DNA of 64,000 nucleotides, taken from the human T2T-CHM13v2.0 reference genome, Homo sapiens. This document shows positions 31,035-46,952 of the stretch, one piece after another (position 1 is the stretch's first letter; each line of letters starts with the position of its first letter). The DNA lies in the NCBI RefSeq assembly GCF_009914755.1, contig NC_060931.1. The stretch is one strand, 5' to 3'. The position numbers and the translations under genes are program-made. The notes beneath the pieces were generated by a model. It did not search any database, had not been told where the DNA came from, and worked only from the letters and a program-made list of their open reading frames with translations.

Positions 31035-31589
31035 CTGAAATAAAAAATACAACATGTCACATGTGAGTAAAGCAATACAACAGCTGGTAGTATCTTGCTG
31101 CTCATTTACAATTTTTTCTAGTCTTGGAAATCAAGCAAATTATAAAGCCATTAGAGACAGAAACCCCATTCAAATGTGGAGTTTTCTATTCTCTTCCCAC
31201 AACTCTATACTACCAAAAGAAGAAAAGTCTCCCGCTATAAAAACAAAACAAAACAAAACGACGAGTAAGTTGAATCAGTACAGGGCAGTAGCTCCAATCT
31301 ATTGCTGTAAAGAAATTATTTTGAAATGTTTATATTCACATTTCTTCACCTAGGATTGGCTATTGCTTAAAAATGAAACCAGCCTAGCCAATTCACGAAG
31401 TCACACATGCATATCCCCTCCAACAATTAAGAGCTTCAGCAAACCTGACTACCTGATACTTAACTACTCTAGGATTACATCCGAAAGGATGAAGACAGCT
31501 GCGGAATCTTAAACTGTATCATGCAGACACAGACAAGGGTTTTAGAAATGTTAATATATAGGATATATTAACAGAAAATAACCCCCCCC

Positions 31590-31909
<320 letters not shown>

Positions 31910-31930
31910 TGATTAAGTCCACCACCCCTC

Positions 31931-32243
<313 letters not shown>

Positions 32244-32808
32244 AAGTCTCCATTTTTCTGACAGTGTACCTGTTACATATGAAGTAGTGTTTCAAAGAGA
32301 TTTTCAAAATTTACAAATTTCCCAATTAATGTTCTACAAAGACTCTCATGGTCAGTAGGCCTAGATCAGCTTCCGAGTTTTGGTGAAATGCATTTCTTTT
32401 CACAACGGCTCACAGAAGGCTCATGTCAAAGCAGAGGAGTACTTGCTGGAGAAGCAGCTCAAAGAATTCCTGATCAAAGGAGACAGCACTTAGAACCAGA
32501 GCAGCTCCCGCCTCGGCAGGCGTTGCTTCAGCTCTCCCAGAGCGAGTTCTACACAAACTGTCTTCTCAATCCACTTTTAGACTAGAACTGTTGGTCTGAT
32601 AGGCACTGGAGGTACAAGTGCAACAACACTGCCGCAGGGAACACAGTTGCCTGGGGAACAGTCTGAGCTATGTTAGTTTTCAGAGGACAGCTCACATCCC
32701 ACTGATAAAAGGCTGAGAAAATAAATCTACTACACTGACGAAATTAGTTACAAAGAAGGAAGCACCCACCTTTTCCCATCCCATCTGATTTCTATTAAAA
32801 ACACATGC

Positions 32809-33110
32809 AGCCCGGTGTGGTGGCTCACACCTGTAATCCCAGCACTTTGGGAGGCCGAGGCGGGCGGATCTCCAGGTCAGGAGTTTGAGACCAGTCTGAC
32901 CAACATGGTGAAACCCCGTCTCTACGAAAAATACAAAAATTAGCCAGGCATGGTGGCACGCGCCTGTTATCCCAGCTACTCAGGAGGCTGAGGCAGGAAA
33001 ATCACTTGAACCCGGGGGGCAGAAGGTTGCAGTGAGCCCAGATCGCGCCACTGCACTCCAGCCTGGGCGACAGAGCAAGACTCTATCTAAAAAATAACAA
33101 CAAAAAAAAA
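32809..33110 (+). mobile_element. Alu (AluS-like)
   Basis: Flanking acacatgca. Confidence 0.9.
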
Positions 33111-33956
33111 CCACACATGCAATGTTTATTTCCAAAAGTATTATTGCCAATTAGAAGGTTCCACGTATATGTCCAAGCAATACACAGAAACTTGACTACT
33201 ACTTGTAAATGTATGTTTACTCTCTTCCTGTAAGTCTCAAAAGTCAGCCAACTTCCAAGGATAGCAGGAGTGGCAAACCCAAGGCTGAGGAACACGTGTG
33301 CAAGTATCACCCTATAATGCTAGAATCTGGCCTGCAAATCAGTTTGGCTGAGATGTTACGCAATGAGTATAGAGTCAGCTATAGGTAAAGATACCAGGGT
33401 CCCCACTCATTGTAACATTCTAATTTATAGAAGAAAATGCATTTTAAATATCCTAGACAATCTGTATACTTCATCAAGTCTCCTTAGAGGTTATTATTGA
33501 AATCCAGGAAAATGACCACAGAACTTACTCCAACCAGAATAAGAATGAACTACTACTATTTTAAGAGTTAGATGTGAGCTTTTGCATTGCTTTTTAAATT
33601 CACTTCAATATTTTTTTAATTGTGAATCTTAGTATACATTTAATTCATTCATTTATAATCAAAAGAAACAACCTTGAAGCACAATTCCTCCCTACAGGTT
33701 TAAACAATTTCTACTAAAGGAAATGATTTACTCCTCCTCTAAAAAGAACAAAAGGACAGAGAAATAAGTATTGAAAGATTAAAGAAATGATGGCTAACAA
33801 ACAAGATGAAGTTCAATAAAGACTAATGAAAGTACTATGCTTAGTAAAGTACACTAAGCAGTATGCTTAGTAAATACATTACAGATAATGTCAATAACCT
33901 ATACAAACAGGCAGGCATATTGAGTAAGCAAAAGTAAATGTAAAAAGAAAGCCCTT

Positions 33957-34255
33957 CAGTGAAACTGTTCTGGATGATACTATAACGGTGGGTACTCATC
34001 ATTACATCATTAAACATTTGCCCAAACCTATAGAATGTACCATAACCAAAAGTGAATCCTAATGAAAACTCCAAGTGACAATGACATGTCAATGTAGGTT
34101 CATCGACTGTAACAAATGGACCACTGTGGTGAAGGGTGTCGACAGCCGGGGAAGGCTGTGTGCACGTGGGGGCAGGGAGTATATGGGAGCTCTTTATTTT
34201 CTGCTCATTCTTGCTGTGAACCTAAATCTGCTCCAAAAATAAAGTCTATTTAAAA
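33957..34255 (+). mobile_element. L1MC1-like 3' end
   Basis: gtcaatgtaggttcatcgactgtaacaaatggaccact...gctgtgaacctaaa..aaaaataaagtctatt. Confidence 0.8.
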
Positions 34256-34312
34256 GGGGAAAAGATTGGAAATCAGAACTCCAGGTTAAAAATAATAATA
34301 ATAATAAAAAAA

Positions 34313-34584
34313 AGCCAAGCACACTGGTTAGCACCTGTAATTCCAGCACTTTGGGAGACCAAGACGTGCTGATTGCTTGAGGCCAGGAGCTCAAGACCAG
34401 CCTGGCCAACATGGCAAAACCCCATCTCTACAAAAAATACAAAAATTAGCCAAGCATGGTGGTACATGCCTGTAGTCCCAACTACTCAGGAGGCTGAGGT
34501 GGGAGGATCACTTGAGCCAGGAGTTGGAGGCTGCAGTGAGGCTATGATCGCACCACTTTACTCCAGCCTGGGCAACAGGGCAAC
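34313..34584 (+). mobile_element. AluJ lacking tail
   Basis: Dimer ending at gggcaacagggcaa. Confidence 0.88.
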
Positions 34585-35374
34585 CTTTATACTTCATCAA
34601 GACAACCTTTATATTTGTTGAGAGGGGAGGGGAGAGGAGAGAAGAGGGAAATGGAAGAGAGAAAGAGAAGAGAAGACGCAGCCCTTCCTTCCTAGTCTCT
34701 GCCCACCACTGCCCCGTCTCCATCCCCAGCTCTGACCTCTCCCCTTTAGCCAACATATAAGTTCCCAGAGTTTCAACCACCATCTTTAAGACAATGACTT
34801 CCAAAGTTGATGTCTAGCCCTACTATCTCTCCTAAGCTCCAAACCTACATCTCCATATGGAGGGTCCAAGTGAACATTTTCAAAACAGAATGCATTGGCC
34901 AATGCAATTGGACAAGAGACTAAAATCAGAAGAAAAATTAGAAAAGAGGAGATAAAACCATCACTTGCTAAAGAAATGACTGTGTAAGTGGAAAAATCCA
35001 AGAGAAGCAAATGAAAAACGTTTCTAAAAACAGTAAGATAATTTGCTAAGCAAATGAGATATAAAATTAATATAGAGAAATCAATAGCTTTCATAAATTC
35101 AAATAACTAGTTAGACACTAAAGTAGAAAAGAATACTTCATTTATGATAGCAATAAAATACCAAATATCCAAATAAATTTAATAATAAATGCATAAAACA
35201 TATGTAAGTAGAAGGAAAACTAACACACTTGAATGGTAACAGACTTGAACAAATAAGGCATATCATGTTCTTGGAAAGAAAACTGCAATGTCATAAGGAT
35301 ATACTTTCTAATTCATAAATTTAACGTAATCAGAAACTGCAACATCATAAAGATACATTTTCTAAGTTAATTTA

Positions 35375-35695
<321 letters not shown>

Positions 35696-36215
35696 GAATG
35701 AGATCAGAAGCTGTTTCTTTTCTGTTGATGAGCAGATTCTAAAGATCACAAGGAAAAACAAGCAAGCAAGAATAACCAGGAAAACTCTGAAAATAAAGAA
35801 AAATGAGGTGGGGAGGGGAGGAGATTAACCCTAACTGATACTAAAATACCATGGTCTCAATAAGTAAAACCATGTCATGCTGGCATCTGAATAGACAGAA
35901 TGGAACAGAATAGTAAATCCAGAAAGACTCAGATGGTACTTTAATATATGATAAAAGTGGCAAGGTAAAGATGAACTTTTTAATAACTGGTGTTGGGACA
36001 ATGCAGCCTTTTGGGGAAAGAAAGTTGAAGCTGTATCTATACCTCACGCCACACATCAGAATAAACTCCAAACAATTCAAAGATTTAAATGTAGAACATG
36101 AACACAGAAGTACAGGAAGAAAACAGATAACATCGGCAAATTCTTTTATAATCTCAGAATGGCCTTCCATTCTAAGTGTGACTCATAATTTAGGTGTGAA
36201 AAAAGAAAAAAAGGA

Positions 36216-36595
<380 letters not shown>

Positions 36596-37408
36596 TCAAA
36601 AGAGAAATGGTGAAGTGGAAGATAACATTTGCAATCCATGGGAACTAATCCCCTACTATGCAAAGACCTTCGAGAATTTGAAAAAGACTAACAACCCAAC
36701 AGATAAATGGGCATATAACCAGAGAAGAGCAAATGCAAACTAAACGGAAATACCATTTCTGACCCATCAGACTGGCAAAAATCCGAAAGTTTGACAGACT
36801 ACCTGTTGACAAAACTGTGGGGAACCAGGCAATCTCACACATTGTTGATGGGTGTAAAAAACAGTGAGTGTGGAGGGAAGTCTGATAACATCTAACAACA
36901 TTTTAAACACATTTTCCTTTTAGCATAAGAATCCCACTTCTGAAAATTTCTCTCTCAGATAAATGTGTAAAAAACGGCATATTCACATTCTCTACAACAT
37001 AATAGCGAAAGATTAGAAACAATCCAAGTGCCCATCAATAAGGTACTGGATAAATAAACCGATCCATTAGCACAATGGAATACTATAGAGCTGTTTAAAA
37101 AAAGTGGTGGGGTTGCAGTGGGGAGGGAAAGAAAGGGCTAGAACAAGGCCTAGAGTACAGGAAAAGCTCAATTATGACAGCTATCAGTTTTAAAAAAATA
37201 AGGTGCGAAAAGGCTCTGTGTAGCGAAATGATCTCCAGATATTACATGAAAAAGGTGAGGTGTAACAGGAGGCAGTGATAAGAATTTACATTTTTATTAT
37301 AATTGCATAAATAAACATTAAATGCATAAAGAAGAAACTAATAATTATTTCTAAGAGGTAGGACAGGGGACAGAATAGTCTCATTCATGCTTGCATATAC
37401 CACTGTAA

Positions 37409-38038
<630 letters not shown>

Positions 38039-39850
38039 AAGAGGGGCCTTCTTAAGGGACTCTATGTAGGTCCAGGATCATTTACATTTTCAACAAGTGA
38101 AGGCCTAAAGGGGGATGAGCTCAAGATTGGAGCCAGATGCTCTGAGTCACAGGAATTCCCTGTCATACTACATTCAACACCATCCTACCCAGTGCCTCCC
38201 ATACTCCTCCCAGACCCCACTGCCACCCTCTAGGCAGTCCCTGTGCTGGGACCCCAGAATGGACCAAGGGTCACCAATCGTGAGGCTGCACAGAGGCCTG
38301 GGAACAAAAAAAGAACCAGGTGAGGGAGACCTGGGTTCCACAATGCAAGTTTCACAGCTTGCCATGGGTGTCCTGGGACATGCCCCTTCAGTTCTCTAGG
38401 AGGTAAAACTTGTGCCTCCCAAGGTGACTGTGGTCAATAGATGCACACCTAGTCTCATGATTAATTGCAGGTGCTCTAAAAATGGTATTTCTTCCCCAAA
38501 ACTTGTCAAGCCAGCAACTCTCTGCCCTAAGTCTGGCCTGAAAAGTTAATAGACATTGAGTGCAAAAATTAGGGCTTCTCACCTCCAGGCATAAGAGCGC
38601 AAACTGCCCTTGGTAAGATGAGAAGAGCCCAGCGGGCTGGGCCTGTGTCTCTGTGCATAGAGGAGCAGGTCTGTGAAAAGGCAGCCGACACCTGTGACTG
38701 GCCAGGTCTGGCTCTACCACCTGACCCCCAGCAGCGGTCAGTGACAACAAAGCTAACCGAGCACATGCTTTGGGTCAAAGCATGGGTGGGATGGGGCAGG
38801 ATGGGGGTGGGGAAGCAATGTAATAACATGGTGAAGTTAAGCACACTTGAACCTCCAGAAAGCTCTGTTGGTTAAGAGTTTTTTCCACTTCACCACACTT
38901 CTTCTGGCAGGTGGCATCTTAAGGGGATGGGTATTTTGGGAATCCATAAGGGGAGGTTCAGTTGGAAATACATTTGGTTTGGGTTTAGTGGAATTTACTT
39001 AGGTGGCTTTCAGCTTCTTCTGCGTATAATTAAATTACAGCCAGCCATTCCAAATGGACAAATGACTTCCTAGAATATTCCTTCCGGCCCTATATCAACT
39101 TACCCAATGAATTGATGAAAACTGTAGGGTCAGAGGTGGTATTTTAATATGACTATGTCTTAAAGTAACTAACACCAGGAGTGTGAGGATAATGGAGAAG
39201 AAATGAGGTTTGAATCGTATGGAGTCAGAGATAATCTAGGAGAAAACTTTCCAATCACCAGAGAAGTGAATTTTTAAAAAGATTTCATTGTCATTGTTGT
39301 CTCATCAAAATGGAAATTCTCTCCTGTTAGGAATATACTTGACTGTTCAAAGTAAGTTATAAATACATCATTTTTTGACATTTTGAAGAATTTATTAGAA
39401 TTCCTGTATTTACAGGTTTTAAACCTGTACTGGTACTAAAATAGTAAGTAAGCCTGTGTTGAAGTTGCATGTTCTATGCAGCCCAACATACAGAATTGCA
39501 TCTTATGTATCTGATGCATTTTGTCCTGTCAAAGTCGGACACTTTCAGACTTCACAGAAGAAATGGCAGAAAAGAATGTTACCAAAGCAACAAAACAGCC
39601 TGGGGGGAAAAAAACAGGTTTTCAGATGACAAAACTCCTAAACCTATTCATCTAGAGTCAGGATTGAATGACGTAACTCAACTTCGTGGCAATTTTTAAT
39701 GAATTTATTTCAACTGCTTTTGCATGTGCATTAATTACAGACTAATTGCTTTTAGAATGCTTTATTCTGTGTATTCTGAAGTACCCTAGTAGAATCCAAA
39801 AACAAACTGAAAGGAAAAAGACCAGAAGATGCTTCAAAATGTCCGAAAAA

Positions 39851-40055
<205 letters not shown>

Positions 40056-40083
40056 AAATTATTGTTTTAAAATGGAAACTTAA

Positions 40084-40499
<416 letters not shown>

Positions 40500-40599
40500 T
40501 TCTAGTCTTTTTACATAAAATGTTACAAAATTGCTACGTGAAGAGATTAGAATAGGTAACCAAAAATGCAGGGGGAAAGTGTAAGGTTGTGTGCCAAAG

Positions 40600-40790
40600 A
40601 AAGAACTGTGTTATATGGTTCTAGGTTTTGAGTTGTTTGTAGTTTTAGCTTTTCAAAATGTACAACTAGTGACTTCTTTTTCATTCTAAATTTTCATTTT
40701 GATACCTAAATTTGTATTCTTTTTCTGAAAGAGGGCCCTCAGAATTAGAGAGTTTCAGGCCCCACAAATTCTGGCTCCTCCTCCACTGAC
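40600..40790. mobile_element. hAT-Tip100 (Arthur1-like) terminal fragment
   Basis: aaagagggccctcagaatt...tttcaggccccacaaattctgg. Confidence 0.55.
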
Positions 40791-41003
40791 TGCTGATACT
40801 CTGATGGGGAAGCTCACACTGCTCTCTACTTTCTTTTTCATCCCAGCCTTCGTGACCCTGGGAGAAGGTGCACCCTAGAGAGAATGTGTCCAGCGGGAGC
40901 AGGCTTCTTCCCTACTTTCACTCATCTCCAGCCACCACCCAAGCGTTTCTACCTCCAAGACCTTCACAAAGGTTTGTCCAGAATTACCTCAAAAGAGTTT
41001 GGG

Positions 41004-41300
41004 GGCCGGGCATGGCAGCTCACGCCTGTAATTCCAGCACTTCGGGAGGCCGAGGCAGGCGGATCACCTGAGATCAGGACTTGGAGACCAGCCTGACCAA
41101 CATGGTGAAACCCCGTCTCTACTAAAAGTACAAAAGTAGCCAGCCATGGTAGTGCACGCCTGTAATCCCAGCTACTCAGGAAGCTGAGGCAGGAGAATCA
41201 CCTGAACTTAGGAGGTCAAGGTTGCAATGAGCCGAGATCGTGCCACTGCGCTACAGCCTGGGCAGCAAGAGTGAAACTCTTTTTTATTTTTTTTGAGACC
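41004..41300 (+). mobile_element. Alu (AluSq/Sp-like) with inverted tail
   Basis: Left TSD aaaagagtttggg; terminal 21 bp inverted (see findings). Confidence 0.9.
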
Positions 41301-41461
41301 GAGTTTGGGGAGGAATCACAAATGATCTAAATTTCTAAACAAATACATTTCACAAAATGGATTATCTCCCATTAACCCTCTCCCCAAAAAAGGTACTTGC
41401 TTCTTAAAGATTTTCTAAAACACAGGGCAAAATAGGTAATTATCCTCTAAATAATTTTTAA

Positions 41462-41748
41462 TTTTTTTTTTTAACTTTTTTGAGACAGTCTTGCTCTGTC
41501 ACCCAGACTGGAACGCAGAGACATGATCACAGCTCACTGCGGCCTCAAACTCTTGAGCTCAAGTAATCGTCCTGCCTCAGCCTCCTGAGTAGCATGCCAC
41601 AACACCTGGATAATTTTTTTTTTTTTTTTAAAAGAGACAGGGGTCTCACTTTGCTCCCCAGGCTGGTGGCGAACTCCTGCCTCAAGTGTTCCTCCCGCCT
41701 CAACTCCCAAAACCGTGGGATTATAGCCACGAGCTACCATGCCAGACC
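41462..41748 (-). mobile_element. AluJ
   Basis: Antisense dimer. Confidence 0.85.
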
Positions 41749-43028
41749 AAAATTCTAAGTAAGTTTTAAAAGCCAATTTACAAAACCAAATACCATAGAA
41801 TTTTTGCGTGACATGACCTTATCCTGTGATCAAATTTATCTTTTGTTTTCCCTCCTCCAGCGAGGAATGCATATATCCTCACACATGTAGATGTGTGACG
41901 TGGAATGTGAACATCCTACTTTGAATTTTCTAGTGATTATCTTTAATTTTTTTTTAAAACCATACCACTACCTGTATTTTTCTAATTATCAAAAACAAAA
42001 ATAAAACAGTAAAAAATAAAGGCTGGGCTTTTACTTTCTCCTAACAGTCCCTGCCCCACCCCCACCTACTTCTCAGTTTCTACTAGTGAATCTGACCCAG
42101 ATTTATTATTGTTGGCATTGTTACTGAATAACTGGGATTTTTCTCTTTCCATTACATATCTTCTCTTTCAGTATTTACAATATTTGACTTTTCATTTGTA
42201 ACATCTGTAATCAAGTTTATAATTTAGACTTAAATTTATGTTTACATGATTTCAATTCAATGTCAGTATTTTTTTTAACACCACAAGTTCCGCATTCTTG
42301 AGTTATTCAAACAATCTTTTAGTTGGTTAGAATATATCCATGAACAAGTTTTGTTTAAGAAAAATTTACAGAAGGCATACAGAAAAATTTCAGGTACAGG
42401 TAGTAGAAAAAAGCTGATGGCCTTAAACAGTAAGGAAAGGTACTGGCTCACATAACTCCTAAGTCCAAAGGCAGGGTGAGCTCCCACTGAAGGCAGTGTG
42501 CTAGCTCCAACTTCTGTATCTTCAGAGAACATCTTTCTGCTGCCTTCACAAATTAACAACAATTAGTGTGACTATTTAATTCTTAGTTACAACCTTTTTT
42601 CCCTTAAAACTTAGCCTCAGCTCCACGACACTATTTTCTGGCAATGTTATAGAAAAGTCTAAAACCATCCCGATTTCGTTGTAAGTAACCCTCTCCCCAG
42701 GTTCTGACTGGCTGTTTGCAGGGTACTCTCTTGCTCTTTCTTGCTCTTCCCACTAATTTTATCTAAGGCAGAATGAGCTCTTTGAATATACAGAAACAGC
42801 TCGTTTTTTTTCAGCTCAAAGATACTTTTTCCCATTGAATCTGATTATTGTTTCTGTTCTATTTGTTTTGGTATCTTCTTTACGAACAACATTTATTCAG
42901 ATCACAGCAATAATTTAACTTTCTACATTGTAAACTTTTGCTCTTCATGAATCGTAAGGGAGTTTAAAATTCTGCAAATGCTTTTACTGTCATTACAGTT
43001 TCTTTCAGCTCTTTCATTTCACTTTATA

Positions 43029-43347
43029 ATTTTTATTTATTTATTTTTGAGACAGGGTCTGTCGCCCAGGCTGGAGTGCAGTGCTACAATCACAGCTCAC
43101 TGCAGTCTTGACAACTTCTGGGCTCAAGCGATCCTCCCACCTTAGCCTCTGAGTAGCTGGGACCACAGGTGCAGCGTGTACCACCACACCTGGCCAAATT
43201 TTTCTTGTTTTTTGTAGAGACGGAGGGCTTACCATGGTTCCCAGGCTGGTCTCGAACTCCTGGTCTTAAACTCCTGGGCTCCAGTGATCCCCCCATCTCA
43301 GCCTCCCAAAGCGCTGGGAATACAGGCATAAGCTTAGTGCCCAGCCT
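43029..43347 (-). mobile_element. AluJ
   Basis: Antisense dimer with a small internal duplication actcctgg. Confidence 0.85.
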
Positions 43348-44436
43348 CATTTTATAACTCTCTCTGCCCTAGTTTTCAGCTTGGCCTGTTGCTTTATCTC
43401 ATCTTTCAACCACTTATTTGTGTTTCTTGAAGTTTATTAAGAACAGCACAAAGTAGATTCAATCTGAAATTTACTTCTCATTTCTATAATTACTATTTTC
43501 TAAATTATACTATTCCTCTGCCTCAAAAATTATATCCCCCTCCTATTTTCTTTTGGAAACATGTTGCTTTATTCTTTATTTCTGAACAATAGTATTTAGA
43601 CCCATCCTCCCCCAACCCCCCCCCAGCCAAAAAAAAAAAAAAGAATAGCTGGACCTCCTCCTCAGAATGCTGCTAAACGTTGGTGGGTTTTTATTGTTGC
43701 TGTTTTCTAACTCTAAGTTTATAGGCTGGAGGATGCATATATAAACTGCACTGCCTATTCAGAGATGTGGTCCATCTTCAAGGGAACGTCAGCTCTGGGA
43801 GCCTCCTTCTCTGAGCCTATCGTGTTGCTTTTGTTTTCTAGTTTCTGCATCTAACTCTCCCTGTCTAGACCTGGCTTCCACTCCAGATGGGTGGGATGCC
43901 ACCCAATGCACCAGGAAGGAGGACTGTGGCGCCCAGGAGAAGCTCTAGCAGTTTTGAGCGTGTTGAAGCCGCGTGTGTCCTCTGGCCTCCCAGTTCAGCT
44001 GCTCATCAATATCGCTGCTGCACAAGCCCACCCCGGCTGCCCGTGGCCACTCAGGGTCATCAGGCCTCCCTCGCTCTCTGCTCTCCCAAATTAGCACAGC
44101 CAACACCACATCTCCATATGTTCCTCACAACCCTGCACTGAGTTCTAAGGAAACAGAGTGATGAGTCAGGCCCTGGTATTTCTTCACCCTGATCCCACTA
44201 TCTATTCTGATTCAGCTTTTCATCTCTCTTTTTCTCAATCACTTCCATGGGGATCTGGTGATTCAAGGGAGGGGAGGTAAGAAGTGAGACAAAGCCTAGT
44301 GCCCAAGTCACATCTTCCTGGAAGTTGCCAATGACCATTTTTCAGTGTTCTATCTTCTGAATTCTTTTGATGTCAGCTTTCTCTGTTTCTATAGAAATTT
44401 TATTTTAAATTTTCTCTTTCACGCTGTTGGGTTTTT

Positions 44437-44638
44437 TCATCCATCTGGAGGTCCTTGCTGTTTGTACACATTTAAAAATGCGATGAAGCTAGCTATGTCT
44501 TCCTTTGGTGTTGCGTGTAGGTAACTTTTCTCACTCGATTTCCCTTTCAAATGGGAAGGTTCACTATGTTCTGTGTTTGTGAGCACAGCTTGTCCACTGG
44601 AGGGCTTCTCTTGGGGATGAAAAAGATAGGGCCCTTTA
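44437..44638 (-). CDS. Candidate alternative terminal coding exon (66 aa, KGPYLFHPQEKPSSGQ...YKQQGPPDG*)
   Basis: Branch ttaac plus long U-rich tract plus ctccag acceptor; open frame in non-repeat DNA; AATAAA at 44404-44399 shortly after the stop; no homology recognised. Confidence 0.3.
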
Positions 44639-45104
44639 CTGGAGAAGCCGCATAAACAAAACAAACAAACAAAAATGTTAAAAAGCTTTACTTGGGGTGT
44701 TGGTACACACCCATTGAGTTCCAATTCTCCCCAGGCAAGGAATCCAATCTCTGTAAAGAAAATTTGCTTATGGGTAAAATGCTGTAGACTCCTCAAAACA
44801 AGAGGAACAGGAAAGGACAGAGAAGAGTGTAGAAAACCCTCCCAGCACAGTGGCTTCGGAGGGCCTTTGAATTCTCCTTATTTGCAGCACAATTTCCACG
44901 ATCACCAACAGAACCCAAAATCCAAACACTAACTAGTCTGAGCACAGCCCCGTGAGGGGCTGCCCAGAAGCTGCTCCTGCTTACTCTAAACCCTCCTTCT
45001 GTTTTATCTGCTTATAGGTTTCCCATTTGTAGTTTCCTTCCAAAAGTGTGTTACACTCTATCCTTTGCAAAAGGTCCCTTCCCAGGCTCTTTTTTCCCCA
45101 CCTA

Positions 45105-45420
45105 CGTTGAGATACAATTGACAACTAAAAATTGGATATATTCAAGGTGTACATCTCGATGTCTTGATTAAGGAGACACTGTGAAATGATGACCACAGTC
45201 AGGAAGATTAACATACCTCTCGCCTCACATAGTTACCTTGTGCTTGTGTAGTGAGAATACTTAAAATCACTCTGCAAATTTCAAGCATACAATACGTTAT
45301 CTCTAACTGTAGTCACAGGGCTGTACATGAGGTCTCCAGAATTTATTCATCTTACAAATGCAAGACTGTACGCTTTGACCAACTTCTCCCCACTTGCCCC
45401 CCATCCCAGTCTCTTCCCTG
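45105..45420 (-). mobile_element. L1MA-type 3' end
   Basis: aattgacaactaaaaattggatatattcaaggtgtaca...tctccagaatttattcatctta. Confidence 0.8.
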
Positions 45421-45899
45421 TCATTTGTCGAGATTTTGGGGTGAACAGGGGATGGAAATTTGTTGTCCTATGTCCACCACTGGGATCACACTGGAATCCC
45501 CGAGAAGTAGACTCTTCACGCTTCTGTTAACAGATTTCAGTATGGCTCCCTTGGGGAATTCTGTTTCTTGAACCCACTATTGGTCTTCAGAGAGAGTAAA
45601 AACTTTCTACAGACAACATGATTCTACTCCAGATGCAACTGTTCATAAGATTATCAACTAAAGGATTTCAATAGCAAGGATTTGATGTGGTCCTTCAAAT
45701 AATACGGGTTAAAATAAACTTCAACCTTTTCAATAGGAAGAAAACACAAGCAAACCTAAAAACCTTCAAGATAGCACACAGCCACAGATTCAACCATGTG
45801 ACAGAGGTGAGCAAAACCTCTCTGACCACTCCCAACACTAAAACCAATCCAAGTCTCAGTTCCACCCACAGGAGAAGCACAGACACTGACACTGAATCG

Positions 45900-46230
45900 A
45901 GCTGCAACACGGATGAACCTGGGAAAATGACTCATGCCACAACATGGATGAACCTGCTGAGTGAAAAATGCCAAACACAGAAGACCACATATTCTATGAT
46001 TCCATTTACGTGACATGTCCATGGAAACAAAAAGTCAATGAATGACTGCCAGGGGTTGCAGAGGAGGGGATGACAGCTAATGGGGCCCAGGTTCTTTTTG
46101 AAGTGATAAAAATGTTCTAAAATTAGATAGTGCTGATGGTCGCACAACTTTATGAATATACTAAAAGCCATTCAATTGTGTAATTTAAAAGGATGACTAT
46201 AATGGCATGTGGATTATAGTGATTTCTAAA
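45900..46230 (+). mobile_element. L1MB-type 3' end
   Basis: caacatggatgaacct...aatgttctaaaattagatagtgctgatggtcgcacaac. Confidence 0.8.
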
Positions 46231-46377
46231 AAGAGAATAGGTGCTTTATTACCAAATACACTGAAGGTGCACAGTCCCTCGCTCCTGTAATATTTCACTG
46301 GATCAGAAATTACTTCAGAGCACAGGGTCTCTGCTACAACACAGAGCAGCAAACCAATCATACATAAATCTGAGAAG

Positions 46378-46682
<305 letters not shown>

Positions 46683-46894
46683 TCTGAAAAGAAAGCTATC
46701 AGACTATTCTTTTTTTTTTTTTTTTCTTTAAAGGAGTAATAATGAGGCAGGAGAGAAGGAGGGGAGACATGTAGGAAGTTTCTTGAAGGGCTACAAAAGC
46801 GTTTCTTTCAGTGGGAGGCAGAAAATCAAAACGTGTGAGAAGCATGGAGACGGAACCCTCTCAGTGTAAAATAGGAAAGGATTCTTCAAAATAC

Positions 46895-46952
46895 CGTTCA
46901 TGGCGGCGCAGACAGAGCAGCAATCTGTGAAGGACCGCAAAATTCTCCGCCC
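46895..46952 (-). promoter_or_regulatory. Candidate alternative promoter / start-codon mini-exon
   Basis: GC box gggcgg, then cacag|attgctgctctgtctgcGCCGCCATGAACG|gtattt; local CpG retention. Confidence 0.35.

Noticed and set aside
39668-39676. ATGACGTAA CRE/ATF-like motif
   Set aside because: A single short motif expected by chance
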